This document shows, in pieces, positions 1 to 11,291 of a DNA stretch of 64,000 nucleotides. The notes beneath the pieces were generated by a model. The model had not been told where the DNA came from and searched no databases. It worked only from the letters and a program-made list of their open reading frames with translations. The stretch covers positions 64,001 to 128,000 of the forward strand of contig JAVRCV020000068.1 in assembly GCA_034530615.2 (NCBI GenBank). Direction: 5' to 3'. The translations under genes were made by a program, and so were the position numbers. The number at the start of each line of letters is the position of its first letter. The stretch's first letter is position 1. The DNA is from Aulosira sp. ZfuVER01 (GTDB taxonomy: Bacteria > Cyanobacteriota > Cyanobacteriia > Cyanobacteriales > Nostocaceae).

Positions 1-102
1 TTGACCGCCAGAAACCGCCACTAATAGACGTTGATTGCGCTCAAATAAGTGGCGCATTCGGATAGTACGATGAATTTTTGCATGTAGGGGAGTCCATACC
101 AT
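1..102 (-). CDS. tilS: tRNA(Ile)-lysidine synthase, 5' end (runs off window)
   Basis: Own translation from ATG at 102: MVWTPLHAKIHRTIRMRHLFERNQRLLVAVSGGQ, the start of the PP-loop SGGxDS motif. Confidence 0.85.
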   Translation of the reverse strand, partial: MVWTPLHAKIHRTIRMRHLFERNQRLLVAVSGGQ

Positions 103-265
103 TTTTTCTTTTGAACCACAGACAGACACACAACATTTTCTATTTTATCCGCGTCATCTGGGTACAGATAGCAGTTTAATTTTGGATTTTGTTAACCGCT
201 AAAATTCGTGGTTCTATCATCAGGCTTATCAATAAATTTGATAAGGCTTAAATTTAGATATTAGT

Positions 266-571
266 TCAAAATGTAGGGCTGTGTTGTTCATCCCAACATT
301 TATTATCATGCCAATTTCTGTTTGTATATTGACATTCAGAAGCATTATCAATCCAAGGAATTGATGTAGCGTGAGGAGATTCGTTACTGGAAGTCACTAA
401 TGAAAATAATGAAGAATTTAATGCAGGGAATAGCGAAGAAAAGGCAGTGAAAGTACAAATTGGTAGAACTAAGAAAATTGCCATGCACAACATAGTGTTG
501 CTAAAATTCCAAAAAGGTTTACCTGTTTTGGATTTCAGAGTATTTTTCTTGGTTTTAAAATTTGATAACAC
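266..571 (-). CDS. small membrane-anchored hypothetical protein
   Basis: 101 aa ORF, one hydrophobic segment, Cys/Trp-containing C-terminus. Confidence 0.55.
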   Translation of the reverse strand: MLSNFKTKKNTLKSKTGKPFWNFSNTMLCMAIFLVLPICTFTAFSSLFPALNSSLFSLVTSSNESPHATSIPWIDNASECQYTNRNWHDNKCWDEQHSPTF

Positions 572-784
572 AATATCAACCCTATGAATGCCTATTAGTT
601 CTTGATGCTGTATTGGATAGCTATATTCTATGCATTCAAAGCTACATTAACCATGAGGATATTACTGTTTATATTTTTGAGCGTGCGATTGTTTTAAGCA
701 ATAATTCAGGGGACATTCAAAGAATAATACGCTTTTTTGCTGAAAATTCTTAAAGGGAGAATGTGTAATTAATCAATAATTTAT

Positions 785-811
785 AAAAAAACCTCCCATA
801 CAGGGAGGCTT
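785..811 (-). terminator. intrinsic terminator downstream of the 1038 aa gene
   Basis: cctccc-ataca-gggagg hairpin followed by a T-run on the minus strand. Confidence 0.65.
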
Positions 812-840
812 AAAGAAATAAGCGGAGACAATTTTGTCAT

Positions 841-3800
841 CTACAGCAGAACAACAGCGATCGCTCCTCCTAATGCTGAGAAAATAGCGGAGACAACTGC
901 TGTCGCAAATAACCACCAAGCGGCTGTAGCGGCGGCTTTGCGGGTTTCTTCTGCTTGCCGCTGTGCTTGATGTTTTACTTCTTCTAAACGGCGTTGTGCT
1001 TCGTGGTGCAGGCGTTCTGCCCGTTGTAGAACTGTGTTGCGAGCTCCTTCAATTTGGTCAATAATCCGGTTGGCATCTTCTTCGGAGATATCTTCGCGGG
1101 AACTAATCAGTGCTACTAAGGTATCGCGGTTGAAAGAAGACAGGCGATCGCGTAACGCATCAAATCCAGCCTGGGGATCGTCAAATAATTGGCGAACATC
1201 ACGCTTAATACTATCGTAGTTCAGTTCTGGGCGCTCTAAGGAGTTGAGATAGTTGCGGATGCGGGCAAAAACTCCATCAATTACATCTTGGATGCGGCGC
1301 TGGATACCTCGTACTTGCTCTATAAATTGATCGCGCACCGATACGATGTTATCTGCGATTCTGGCTGCTTCTTCATCACTCATATCTTCGCGGATTTTCA
1401 GCAGCGCAATAATTGTGGAACGATCGAAATGAGCCAAGCGATCGCTAAAACTTTCTATGCCAACACGGGGATCGTGCAATAACAGTTGTAAGTCGCGCTT
1501 GATACCTTCTGGGTTGAGTTCTTCTTTACCAGTCTGCCGCAAATACTCTTCTAAATAAGCTTGGAAAGTTTCTACTCTTTGCTGTGTTCTGGTAGCGAGG
1601 CGACGAGGCGCACGAACAATGTTACGAATTGAATGTTGTACGGAATCAATGACTTCATTGACTTGCTGTTCGCTCAAGTCTTGACGTTGACCGAGTAATT
1701 TCACCAGTGTATCCCGGTCTACCTGTGACAAGCGACGGCGTAATGCCAAGGCTCCTTCTTTGGGGTTTTCAAACAGTCTATTTAAATCTCTTTGAATACC
1801 TTCGGGATTGAGTTCGGCTTTGCCTGTGTTGCGCAAGTAATCAGCGATCGTGGTGCTAACAGAGTCGTATTGGTCTTTCGCTTTGTCTGCTATCGCTTGC
1901 GGTGCGTGGCGGATACTATGCCATGAATGTTCTACAGTATCAAGAATTTGATTCGCTTGTTCTTGGCTAATATCTTGGCGCTGACTCAATAGTTGTACCA
2001 AGGTGTCACGATCAAAACGAGCTAATCTGGCTCTAATTGCGATCGCTCCGCCTTGGGGATCTTCCAGCAAGCGTTTGATATCGGCACGAATCGCATCGGG
2101 GTTGAGTTCAGCTTTCCCAGTGTTACGCAGATATGATTCTAAATTGAGCCACAGTGTTTCTGCTTGATATTTTGCTTGGTCTGCTAGTCCTTTGGATTCG
2201 ATCAAGACGCGATCGCGTTGTTTTTCTAAATCCTCTAGAATCGCGTCTATTTCGTATGGCTGAATATCGTTGCGTTGAAACAGTATTTGTTGCATTTGGT
2301 GGCGATCGATCGCAGCTAATCGCCGTGATAGGGTTTCATAATCTGCATCTGGGTCTTGCAACAGATGTCTGAAATCCCGTTCAATACCTTCTGAGGTTAA
2401 ATCAGCCTTACTAGTAACGAGTAGGTAACTAGAGACTCGACGTTGTAAGTCTTCTACGATTTCTCTTTCTTCAACGGCTGTTACTGTCACCAACACTTCT
2501 TGGCGCACAGCTTCTAGTTGATCGGCAATCCGCTGAATTTGTCCTTGAGTCAGCAGTCCCCGTTGTTGCAGGATATTCACAAAATCATTGCGAGAAAGTC
2601 GCTCTAATTCCCGTCGCACTACTCCAGGATCAGCCGCCGGATCGTAGATGACATCACGAAATTCTTGGGCAATTCTTTCGCGGCTGAGTTGCCAAGAATA
2701 AGTGTTAGACAGGTAGTTTTCGACATCAGCCCGAATGGGACTATAGGGTTGAGAAGCTCCTGGTAAACCTAACTTATCGGCTTGTTCGCTGACTTTATCT
2801 TTAGCTGTGGATAGAGATTGCCAAATTTTTTCTATATCTAAATCTGACAAGTCTGTTCTTCCCAAAGCAACACCAGTCAAGGCAGATATTCCTTGCTGGA
2901 TTGTTTGCTGAATTGGGCCTGGGGCTTTTTGGTCAGCTTCTTTAGAACTACGAGTTTCTGCGATTAATCTCTCCAGCTTGGCATTGAGTTCATCTGTTTT
3001 AGTTTGCCCTGGTGGTAGTGATTTAAGATATTCAACTAACTCCCCTAGGCGGTCTTGGGCTGGTGCTTGCTGGCTCACTACCTGTTGCCAGAGTTTATAC
3101 AATGTGTCAGCGATGCGTTTAACATCTCGTTTAGAAAGGTCGGTGCGGCTGCTGACTAAATCAATAAACTTTTGGCGGTCAATGTTGCGCAGATCTGGAC
3201 TACCTGCGATCGCTTGAAATTGTGGGTCTTTGAGTAAGTTTTCAAAGTCACTGCGGATCTTCGATAAATCTAACTCTGGAGGACGCAACCTGTCTAAGTA
3301 ATCTTCTACATTTTCTCGGATACTGGTTGGGTCGATCCCGCTTCCTAATTCCCGACGCACTGCGGCGGCGGCGGCTTCAGCTGTCGCAACAACTTGATTA
3401 CTGACAGCTTTTGCACCGAATGCAGCAGTAGCTGTCCCCATAATCGCTTGAAAGCCGGAGGTAGCCGTATTCACTACTGAGCCAATTAAGGAACCCACTG
3501 TGGTAGAACTTACCCACATCAGTAGTAAAAAGTATGCACCCCAAATCACTAACCCCAGAATTGCACCAAGTCCCGGATCTAAGACTAGGAGACTGAGTTT
3601 GACTGCCAAAAAACAAGCAATCAACAGGGCGATCGTTACAGTGATTAACGTCCATATCCCGACTGCTGTACCAATTTTGCGAATCGTACCGCCCAAACTT
3701 CCCACTTCATGACGATCTGAATCTGAATCAGATGAATGACCTAGGTAGGAAATACCGAAAGCAAGGGAAAGGTTGGTTAATACTAATTGGAAAGCAAAGG

Positions 3801-3957
3801 CTAGAATTACACCGGAGATTAACGCAATAAAAAAGCGCGGGCCAGAAGTCACAACCGATGCTTGTGCTGGCGTGACGCCGGAGGAGTCTACTGGAACCTG
3901 TGCCACCCACAAGAGTGGCTTGTAGAGTCCCAACATAATTTCTGTACTTTGAAACAT
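841..3957 (-). CDS. large membrane-anchored helical repeat protein (cyanobacterial conserved hypothetical)
   Basis: 1038 aa; N-terminal TM segments, C-terminal TM, internal ~100 aa repeats YLRxTGKxELNPEGIxRD. Confidence 0.85.
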   Translation of the reverse strand: MFQSTEIMLGLYKPLLWVAQVPVDSSGVTPAQASVVTSGPRFFIALISGVILAFAFQLVLTNLSLAFGISYLGHSSDSDSDRHEVGSLGGTIRKIGTAVGIWTLITVTIALLIACFLAVKLSLLVLDPGLGAILGLVIWGAYFLLLMWVSSTTVGSLIGSVVNTATSGFQAIMGTATAAFGAKAVSNQVVATAEAAAAAVRRELGSGIDPTSIRENVEDYLDRLRPPELDLSKIRSDFENLLKDPQFQAIAGSPDLRNIDRQKFIDLVSSRTDLSKRDVKRIADTLYKLWQQVVSQQAPAQDRLGELVEYLKSLPPGQTKTDELNAKLERLIAETRSSKEADQKAPGPIQQTIQQGISALTGVALGRTDLSDLDIEKIWQSLSTAKDKVSEQADKLGLPGASQPYSPIRADVENYLSNTYSWQLSRERIAQEFRDVIYDPAADPGVVRRELERLSRNDFVNILQQRGLLTQGQIQRIADQLEAVRQEVLVTVTAVEEREIVEDLQRRVSSYLLVTSKADLTSEGIERDFRHLLQDPDADYETLSRRLAAIDRHQMQQILFQRNDIQPYEIDAILEDLEKQRDRVLIESKGLADQAKYQAETLWLNLESYLRNTGKAELNPDAIRADIKRLLEDPQGGAIAIRARLARFDRDTLVQLLSQRQDISQEQANQILDTVEHSWHSIRHAPQAIADKAKDQYDSVSTTIADYLRNTGKAELNPEGIQRDLNRLFENPKEGALALRRRLSQVDRDTLVKLLGQRQDLSEQQVNEVIDSVQHSIRNIVRAPRRLATRTQQRVETFQAYLEEYLRQTGKEELNPEGIKRDLQLLLHDPRVGIESFSDRLAHFDRSTIIALLKIREDMSDEEAARIADNIVSVRDQFIEQVRGIQRRIQDVIDGVFARIRNYLNSLERPELNYDSIKRDVRQLFDDPQAGFDALRDRLSSFNRDTLVALISSREDISEEDANRIIDQIEGARNTVLQRAERLHHEAQRRLEEVKHQAQRQAEETRKAAATAAWWLFATAVVSAIFSALGGAIAVVLL

Positions 3958-4488
3958 TGTATTTCCTTTCTCTAAATTTAAATTTGAGGAAATTAAGGAT
4001 TACGTAGGCAGAAACTCTGTATTTATGGCAATACCTAACTCTTGTAGATCTCAGAATCGTGGAATTTAGGCGTTTAGTGCATCTCTCCACAGTTTGAACA
4101 GCATATCTAGCGCTAGATAGAAATTTAACTAGCCAAAGGGAAAATCTTCATGAGAAAGCTTGCAAAATCATGATTTATGATTTATCTCCACCGATAAACT
4201 CTCTCTTTCATTAGTGTTTATTGGAGTAAATTGATTTTACTAAGAATTTAATTTAATGATGGGTGATTTTTTCAAGTAAATTACCAAGCTTAATTGCTCT
4301 TTAATGTTGCGAGCATTACATTTATTTACAAATATTTTTTTATCACCATCTTAGGGTTGATATGTCAGCTTCAATAGCATTTTTATCATCATCCACAAGA
4401 AGTGCTTATAGTTTGTACCTATAGACAGAAAGCAATTTATTTATAAATCGTTACATTTAAACCAAGAAACAAATTGTTAAGGGAAAAA

Positions 4489-4692
4489 ATGGAAACTCGC
4501 TCTTCCACGGATTTACCAACAATTGCTACAGAATATAACGGCATAGATCGTAATGCCTTTATATTCGGCTGGACTCCCCAAGCCGAACTATGGAATGGTC
4601 GTTTGGCAGCTATTGGATTTCTCGCCTATTTATTGTGGGATTTAGCTGGTTATAGCGTCCTCCGCGACGTATTACACCTCATCGGTTACTAA
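4489..4692 (+). CDS. hli: high-light-inducible protein (HLIP/CAB-ELIP), copy 1
   Basis: AELWNGRLAAIGF chlorophyll-binding ExxNGRxA motif; 67 aa from ATG 4489. Confidence 0.92.
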   Translation: METRSSTDLPTIATEYNGIDRNAFIFGWTPQAELWNGRLAAIGFLAYLLWDLAGYSVLRDVLHLIGY

Positions 4693-4743
4693 CACTTAAA
4701 TACACAAAAAACAACTCAAAATTACTCTATATTGGAGACAAAA

Positions 4744-4947
4744 ATGGAAACTCGTCCTTCTACTGATTTACCACCAGTTGCTACAGAATATAACGGCGTA
4801 GATCGTAATGCTTTTCTGTTTGGCTGGACACCCCAAGCTGAACTATGGAACGGTCGTTTAGCAGCTATTGGATTTCTCGCCTATTTATTGTGGGATTTAG
4901 CTGGTTATAGCGTCCTCCGCGATGTATTGCATCTGATTGGCTACTAA
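4744..4947 (+). CDS. hli: high-light-inducible protein, copy 2
   Basis: Same motif, near-identical paralog; ATG 4744. Confidence 0.92.
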   Translation: METRPSTDLPPVATEYNGVDRNAFLFGWTPQAELWNGRLAAIGFLAYLLWDLAGYSVLRDVLHLIGY

Positions 4948-4989
4948 AGATTAAGTACTCAAAAAATTGCTCAATTTTGGAGGAAAAAA

Positions 4990-5193
4990 ATGGAAAGTCG
5001 TCCTTCTACTGAACTACCAGCAGTTGCTAAGGCTTACAACGGCATAGATCGAAATGCTTTTATCTTTGGCTGGAATCCTCAAGCCGAATTGTGGAATGGC
5101 CGTTTAGCAGCTATTGGATTTCTAGCTTACTTATTGTGGGATTTAGCTGGATATAGTGTTCTGCGCGACGTATTGCACATTATGAGTTACTAA
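4990..5193 (+). CDS. hli: high-light-inducible protein, copy 3
   Basis: Same motif; GGAGG RBS upstream. Confidence 0.92.
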   Translation: MESRPSTELPAVAKAYNGIDRNAFIFGWNPQAELWNGRLAAIGFLAYLLWDLAGYSVLRDVLHIMSY

Positions 5194-5295
5194 CTTGCCC
5201 ACACTTACCTATTCGGAGCAAGCTCAAAGTGAGTGTATTTTGTCAATACATCTTTGAGTCTAAATAAATCTGGATAAGGATAATAATCGTACCGT

Positions 5296-5330
5296 GGGGG
5301 AAGAGGCGAGCGACACTCGCCTCTTCCCCC
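5296..5330. terminator. strong GC hairpin after the hli cluster
   Basis: ggggaagaggcgag-cgaca-ctcgcctcttcccc perfect inverted repeat; no clear U-tail. Confidence 0.5.
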
Positions 5331-5584
5331 ATGCTAAAGCTAATATTCTACTCAATTAGATGAGCTTACCCTGGGAAAAATCCTAATACCTATACATTGT
5401 GAGGAATTTTATTCATAATTTATTGATAGAATCAACCTCTAATTTTTATTTCTATTTTTGAAATTCAATACTATGGATAGATGCTGTTTACTATGAGATC
5501 GGCATTCTGATTTTTTGTAACAAAAAATCATTCAACAAACTCATACCAATTCACGAAAACCCTGATACATATAGGTTCTTAATG

Positions 5585-5610
5585 AGGGCACAGCATTGCT
5601 GTGCCCCTAC
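5585..5610. repeat. REP-like palindrome (related copy at ~7271-7298)
   Basis: gggcacagc-att-gctgtgccc-ctac and gtagggacacagc-agt-gctgtgtcc. Confidence 0.55.
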
Positions 5611-5819
5611 CTTCAGATTTATATGATTATTTAAAGTGAGATGGTATCAATCGTTTTATGTGCTTTCGATGACATTTACATAAATTACGTGGGAAAACCG
5701 TACTCAAATGGGAGGTTATCTGTAATCTAAATCATAGATGAGCTAGATAAAATCAAAGTGCGACTTAAGTAATGCTGTTGCCTAAAACTTTAATTACAGC
5801 ATTAGCAGGAGAGCAAAAT

Positions 5820-6689
5820 ATGGGAAATAAATTCAAAACTTTGGTATTGTTAGCTACTCTTAGTGGGTTGTTGATAGCAATTAGTTACTGGGTGATTGGC
5901 GGCAGTACTGGGTTAATTATAGGTATTGGTTTAGCAGCAGTCACAAATCTATTTTCTTGGTATCAATCAGATAAAATTGCGCTGGCTGTATATCGCGCCC
6001 AGCCTGTGAGTGAAGCCCAAGCGCCGGGACTGTATCGTATGGTGAAGAAATTGAGCGATCGCGCCAATATTCCCATGCCGGCAGTTTATATTGTTCCTGG
6101 TCAAACTGCCAATGCTTTCGCTACAGGACGCGATCCAGAACACGCGGCGGTTGCTGTTACAGAAGGAATTTTGCAGATATTACCAGAGGATGAACTCGAA
6201 GGTGTAATCGCCCACGAACTTACCCACATTATTAACCGTGACACCTTAACCCAAGCCGTTGCAGCCACAATCGCTGGTGCAATTTCATTCTTGGCGCAAA
6301 TGGTAAGTTACAGCTTATGGTTTGGCGGTGGTTCGCGAGATAATGACAGAGGCGGTAATCCTTTAGGTGTTTTATTAACAGTTTTACTTGCGCCTTTGGC
6401 TGCCACAATTATTCAACTAGCAATTTCGCGTACAAGAGAATTCTCCGCCGATGCTGGTTCTGCGAAATTAACTGGTAATCCCCGCGCTTTAGCTAGGGCA
6501 TTGCAACGCTTAGAATTGACAGCAAAGCAGTTACCTTTGAATGCTAATCCAGCTTTTGAGCCATTATTAATTATCAATCCTATCTCTGGGCAGTTTTTGG
6601 GTAACTTGTTCTCTAGCCACCCTTCCACGGATGCGCGAGTTGAACAATTGCTGAAATTAGAGCAACAACTGTCAACAACAGTTTATTAG
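5820..6689 (+). CDS. htpX: M48 zinc metalloprotease HtpX
   Basis: HELTH zinc motif, ANAFATG, SRTREFSAD, SHP; AGGAG RBS before ATG 5820. Confidence 0.93.
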   Translation: MGNKFKTLVLLATLSGLLIAISYWVIGGSTGLIIGIGLAAVTNLFSWYQSDKIALAVYRAQPVSEAQAPGLYRMVKKLSDRANIPMPAVYIVPGQTANAFATGRDPEHAAVAVTEGILQILPEDELEGVIAHELTHIINRDTLTQAVAATIAGAISFLAQMVSYSLWFGGGSRDNDRGGNPLGVLLTVLLAPLAATIIQLAISRTREFSADAGSAKLTGNPRALARALQRLELTAKQLPLNANPAFEPLLIINPISGQFLGNLFSSHPSTDARVEQLLKLEQQLSTTVY

Positions 6690-6692
6690 GTA

Positions 6693-6811
6693 TGGGGCAT
6701 TGGGCATTGGGCATTGAGAATTTTATCTTCCCCTGCTCCCTTGTCTTCCTTGTACCCCTGCTCGCTGCTCCCCTGCTTTTTCTCTCTTCCCTTATCCCCC
6801 TTATCTCCTTG
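6693..6811. repeat. STRR-type short tandem repeats
   Basis: tgggcat heptamers followed by degenerate pyrimidine-rich 9-mers (cccttgtct); similar tract at ~16180-16260. Confidence 0.7.
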
Positions 6812-6845
6812 CGAAAAGGTAATTACGAATAAGGATGTATCAACT

Positions 6846-7247
6846 ATGACTGATAAAGATGTTAAATCCACATTAATAATAGAAGTTAGCCCTGAAACTC
6901 ACGAATTGGTAGAAACCGAAATGGTTGGCGAAACTGAAGAAGCCAAGGGCGAAACTAAGGCTTTAATTGAAGCGCTAAAAAAACGCGCCCAAGCTGAAGC
7001 AAAGTCAGCAGGTAATATTAGCAGCGAAACGTATTTGAAAGCTGTGCGTCAAGCACGGGAAGCAATTGAAGCTAGGACACGTGTTGAACGGGAGTATCGC
7101 CTAGAATACGCTTGGCTAGTTATGCAAGACGAATTTGAGAAAAACTGGTACTTGCTGATGAGAGAACTGGTAGATTTCGGCGATCGCCTACAACACGCCG
7201 CTAAAGCCGCCTGGGAAGCTTTCAATGCGCCGCGTTATCAACGTTAA
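6846..7247 (+). CDS. hypothetical helical protein
   Basis: Start MTDKDVK at 6846 after AAGGA RBS; the longer ORF extension is repeat-derived. Confidence 0.75.
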   Translation: MTDKDVKSTLIIEVSPETHELVETEMVGETEEAKGETKALIEALKKRAQAEAKSAGNISSETYLKAVRQAREAIEARTRVEREYRLEYAWLVMQDEFEKNWYLLMRELVDFGDRLQHAAKAAWEAFNAPRYQR

Positions 7248-7665
7248 TACAACCACATCTATAATCTATGGTAGGGACACAGCAGTGCTGTGTCCTTATT
7301 GCTTTGTGAAGTGGTGCGCGATCGCAATTAATAGAGCTGCCTTAAAAATAGGGAACAGGGAAGAGGTCTTTTCATTGTTCCTTGTAACCGTAGCTTATGG
7401 AGTCTCTTGCATAAGTCGATTTTTTGGATATAGAACCACAGACGAACACCAATGTTTATCCGTATTTATCTGTGTTTTCTATTCCGATTTTTGCAAGAAG
7501 TCTAATAAGGTTCTCATAGTCACCACAGTTTGTGCATTTGTTACCAACACGAAAGCAGACGTTACGAATAAAGTTACTGTCCTTACTACAGCTTAAGTAA
7601 AACTTATCAATCAAAGGCAAAATCTAGCCATTTTCGTTTTGATGCCTTTGTGTCAACTTCAAGAT

Positions 7666-8097
7666 TCATGCGTTTCCCTGCAAAAATGGATTCACAATCT
7701 GCAAAGCATTTTCAATAATTAAGCCAACTTGCATATCTTCTGAGTAAAGAATACTCGCCTCTCCTAGAATTGCACTGGCCACGATTAGGCTATCCCAAAA
7801 TGAGAACAAAGAGCAATCTGCACTTGTGCTATAGACTGAAGCGTTTTCAGGGTATTGCATCTATCACCAACGTTCATTGGCTTCCTCTCTGGTGAGTGGT
7901 TTGAAACCTAAAATTTGAATAGGATTTGCGGTTAACTGCGCAATTATACCTGTTGTGGAAAAACGTTTCATTTTTGAGGTGGTTTTCAAGAGAACGATTT
8001 GCACCATTTCGCCATTGCGGATTTCATCTTCATACTCAACGGGAATTTCGATTTTACCGTTGTTGACCTTAGCATTAAAATGTATGTTTGCCGTTAT
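7666..8097 (-). pseudogene. degenerate toxin-antitoxin module (antitoxin lacking ATG plus internally deleted PIN toxin)
   Basis: 7666-7860 carries PIN C-terminal motifs SFWDSLIVASA and LYSEDMQ; 7864-8097 reads (I)TANIHFNAKVNNGKIEIP...PLTREEANERW with ATA at the expected start. Confidence 0.65.
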
Positions 8098-8195
8098 AAG
8101 GGATTACATACCTTGTTCAAATTCGTCAATGGCTTGAATGTCTTCTGAAATATGGACGCTAATGGATTCACAATCTGTAAGATATTCTAATTAAA

Positions 8196-8561
8196 TTAGA
8201 GTTTTTCTAATGAAACTAAACCATTCTCTTGAAAATCTATTTCTAGATGATATCCTGCCATGAGAGAAGTGCCCAGCAAAGGTTTATAACCAGCAGCTAA
8301 AACTGGAACTAATCTTTCTATACCGTCCCATACAATTGTTGCTAAATGTATAGATAATAAAGCTTGAGTACCGTCGGCTAACCTTGCTTCGGTACTAGAA
8401 TATAAGGGAAGATTCATTGCACTAACTGCTTGTGATGGTAAAGTAAGATGGTCATTAAATCCAGTACCAATGACAAAATCCAAAGAAAATTCTGGCTGTG
8501 AAGGTAAACGAAAAACCACTGGAATTATTGCCCTGCCATCGATTACTTTTCCATAATTCAT
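8196..8561 (-). CDS. clan AA aspartic protease-like protein, catalytic Asp replaced
   Basis: FVIGTGF in place of xxDTGF; LADG and PLLG motifs. Confidence 0.8.
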   Translation of the reverse strand: MNYGKVIDGRAIIPVVFRLPSQPEFSLDFVIGTGFNDHLTLPSQAVSAMNLPLYSSTEARLADGTQALLSIHLATIVWDGIERLVPVLAAGYKPLLGTSLMAGYHLEIDFQENGLVSLEKL

Positions 8562-8833
8562 TCAGCAGTACGCTCCATTGCACCACCAAAACTTACAGCA
8601 ACATCATAACCAATCCGTATAGTAAATAATCTAGCATTAGGGTTTTTCTGTTTTAACTTTAACGCTGTCTCAACACCAGTTGGATCTATCCCATATTCAC
8701 CCGTTTCTGCATCAATTACAATCATCTTACCGATATTGTCACCATACTCGACATTTTGACGAATACCGTTTTCGTAAAACTGTTTAGCTCTTAGAGCTAC
8801 TTCTTCTACACTCCAGAAAATTGATTGCATCAC
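8558..8833 (-). CDS. small hypothetical partner of the aspartic protease
   Basis: 4 nt overlap with the protease gene; GKMIVIDAETGEY motif. Confidence 0.75.
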   Translation of the reverse strand: MMQSIFWSVEEVALRAKQFYENGIRQNVEYGDNIGKMIVIDAETGEYGIDPTGVETALKLKQKNPNARLFTIRIGYDVAVSFGGAMERTAE

Positions 8834-9128
8834 AATTACACCTGCTTTTGCTGCTTAAATCATTGTAGATCGCGTAATTGTTCTGCATACTGAAGTGCAA
8901 AGAAATACGGGGCGATTGGAAATCGCATCTATACAAACAAAACCCGCGAAGGCAGGTTTCAGAGAGTCCGCGTACTGCCTCGCAGAAGCCGAAGGCTAGG
9001 CGGACGAAAGTTTGTAGTAGCGATCCACCAAAACGGGATGCTCCCTCTAGAACTTCTAGAGGTGAGATTGTTAAAATCCTGTTATCCTCATAACTACTCA
9101 CGCAGAACGCCCAGAAAAAGCGATCGCT

Positions 9129-11291
9129 ATGCTTCAGTATCCCAATCTCGAACAAGCGCTAAAATATCACTTCGGTTACGACCGATTCCGCCCAGGACAA
9201 CGGCAAATTATCGAAGATGCGCTGCAAAATCGGGATTTGTTGGTGGTGATGCCTACGGGTGGAGGTAAATCTTTGTGCTTTCAGCTACCAGCGCTGTTGA
9301 AGAAAGGTTTAACTGTGGTGGTGTCGCCACTAATCGCTTTGATGCAAGACCAAGTAGAATCACTGCGAAATAATAATATTAGCGCCACTTTTCTTAATAG
9401 TAGTCTCACTGCTTATAAAGTGCGATCGCGGGAAGAAGCCATCCTCAACGGTAAAGTTAAATTACTCTACGTAGCCCCAGAACGTCTTCTGAGTGAGAGA
9501 TTTCTCCCGTTTCTCGATTTAGTCAATCATCAAATCGGTATTTCTACTTTCGCGATTGACGAAGCGCACTGTGTTTCTGAGTGGGGACACGACTTTCGCC
9601 CAGAATATCGCCAGTTAAGATCTGTGCGTAAACGTTATCCTCATGTTCCGACGCTGGCGCTTACCGCCACCGCCACAGATCGCGTCCGTAGTGATATCAT
9701 CCAACAATTAGCGTTAAAGCAACCTAGTATCCACGTTGCTAGTTTTAATCGGCAAAACCTTTATTATGAAGTCCGTTCTAAAACTAAATATGCTTACGCT
9801 GAGTTATTAGAATTAATTCGCGAAACAGAAGGTTCAGTAATTGTTTATTGTTTAACTCGTAAAAAAGTTGAGGAACTCACTTTTAAACTGCAAAAAGATA
9901 AGATTGCTGCCTTAGCTTATCATGCCGGATTACCTGACGATGAACGCAGCAAGAATCAAACGCGGTTTATTCGAGATGATGTCCGGGTGATGATAGCAAC
10001 TATTGCTTTTGGTATGGGTATTAATAAACCAGATGTGCGGCTGGTAGTTCACTTTGATATCCCCCGAAATTTAGAGAGTTACTATCAAGAATCAGGTAGA
10101 GCGGGTAGAGATGGCGAACCATCACGCTGTACAATATTTTTCAGCTTTGGTGATATTAAAACAATTGAATGGAGTATTGAACAAAAAACAGATCCGCAAG
10201 AACAGTTGATTGCTAAGCAACAATTACGGCAGATGATAGACTATGCCGAAGGTACAGATTGCCGACGGACGATTCAACTAGGTTATTTTGGGGAAAGATT
10301 TGCGGGTAATTGCGGTAATTGTGATAATTGTCGTCATCCCAAACCAATACAAGATTGGACAATTGAAGCGATGAAGTTCCTATCTTGTGTGGCGCGTTGT
10401 AAAGAAAGATTTGGGATGCTGCATATTATTGATGTGTTGCGAGGAGCAAAAACCCAGAAAATTACCCAAAACGAACACGACAAGCTTTCTACCTATGGTA
10501 TTGGTAAAGATAGAAGTATTGATGAATGGCGAATGCTAGGGCGATCGCTTTTACATCAAGGTTTATTAGAACAAACCAGCGATGGTTATTCAGTCTTGAA
10601 ACTGAACGCCTTGAGTTGGGAAGTGATGCGACGACAGCGCACAGTTAGTTTAGCTGTTCCCATAGTTCAAAAGATTAATTGGGAAGAAGGAAGTGAAAAA
10701 GCTGCTGAGGTGGAAATCCTGATGCAAAGGTTGCGATCGCTCCGTAAACAACTAGCTGACGAACAATCTGTACCACCTTACGTTGTCTTTCAAGATTCTA
10801 CCTTGAAATTAATGGCACAGGTGCAACCAAAAAATCTCACGGAATTTGCTAAACTTTCCGGCGTAGGTAGCCACAAACTTGCCCAATATGGCGAAAAATT
10901 CATTTCAGAAATTCGCGCATATCGTCAAGAACAAGGTGTAATAGATCCACAAGATAATTCCAAACCTATTGTAAGTCTTGGCTTACCTTCGGATACTGAA
11001 CTATTGACATTACAATTACATCAACGAGGTTTGAGGATTGACGAAATTGCTGAAAAAAGAAATGTTCGCTCTACTACAATCATCCGTCACCTTACAGATT
11101 TAATTGAGAAAAATCAGCCTGTAGATTTAAATCAGTTGGTTCCTTTAGAACGCCAAAAAAAGATTTGGCAAGTTTTAGAAGTGCTGGGTGATATTTCTCT
11201 AACTCCAATTCGTGAACAACTGGGTGAGAGTTATAGTTATGATGAAATTCGCTTAGTGCGGGGAAAGTGGCGACGCGAAAATCGTAAGTAG
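9129..11291 (+). CDS. recQ: ATP-dependent DNA helicase RecQ
   Basis: [22 protein letters not shown], Zn-binding Cys cluster, RQC, HRDC and C-terminal HTH. Confidence 0.97.
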   Translation: MLQYPNLEQALKYHFGYDRFRPGQRQIIEDALQNRDLLVVMPTGGGKSLCFQLPALLKKGLTVVVSPLIALMQDQVESLRNNNISATFLNSSLTAYKVRSREEAILNGKVKLLYVAPERLLSERFLPFLDLVNHQIGISTFAIDEAHCVSEWGHDFRPEYRQLRSVRKRYPHVPTLALTATATDRVRSDIIQQLALKQPSIHVASFNRQNLYYEVRSKTKYAYAELLELIRETEGSVIVYCLTRKKVEELTFKLQKDKIAALAYHAGLPDDERSKNQTRFIRDDVRVMIATIAFGMGINKPDVRLVVHFDIPRNLESYYQESGRAGRDGEPSRCTIFFSFGDIKTIEWSIEQKTDPQEQLIAKQQLRQMIDYAEGTDCRRTIQLGYFGERFAGNCGNCDNCRHPKPIQDWTIEAMKFLSCVARCKERFGMLHIIDVLRGAKTQKITQNEHDKLSTYGIGKDRSIDEWRMLGRSLLHQGLLEQTSDGYSVLKLNALSWEVMRRQRTVSLAVPIVQKINWEEGSEKAAEVEILMQRLRSLRKQLADEQSVPPYVVFQDSTLKLMAQVQPKNLTEFAKLSGVGSHKLAQYGEKFISEIRAYRQEQGVIDPQDNSKPIVSLGLPSDTELLTLQLHQRGLRIDEIAEKRNVRSTTIIRHLTDLIEKNQPVDLNQLVPLERQKKIWQVLEVLGDISLTPIREQLGESYSYDEIRLVRGKWRRENRK

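Noticed and set aside
6714..6845. N-terminal extension of the 177 aa ORF and neighbouring short ORFs
   Set aside because: Produced by STRR-type repeats
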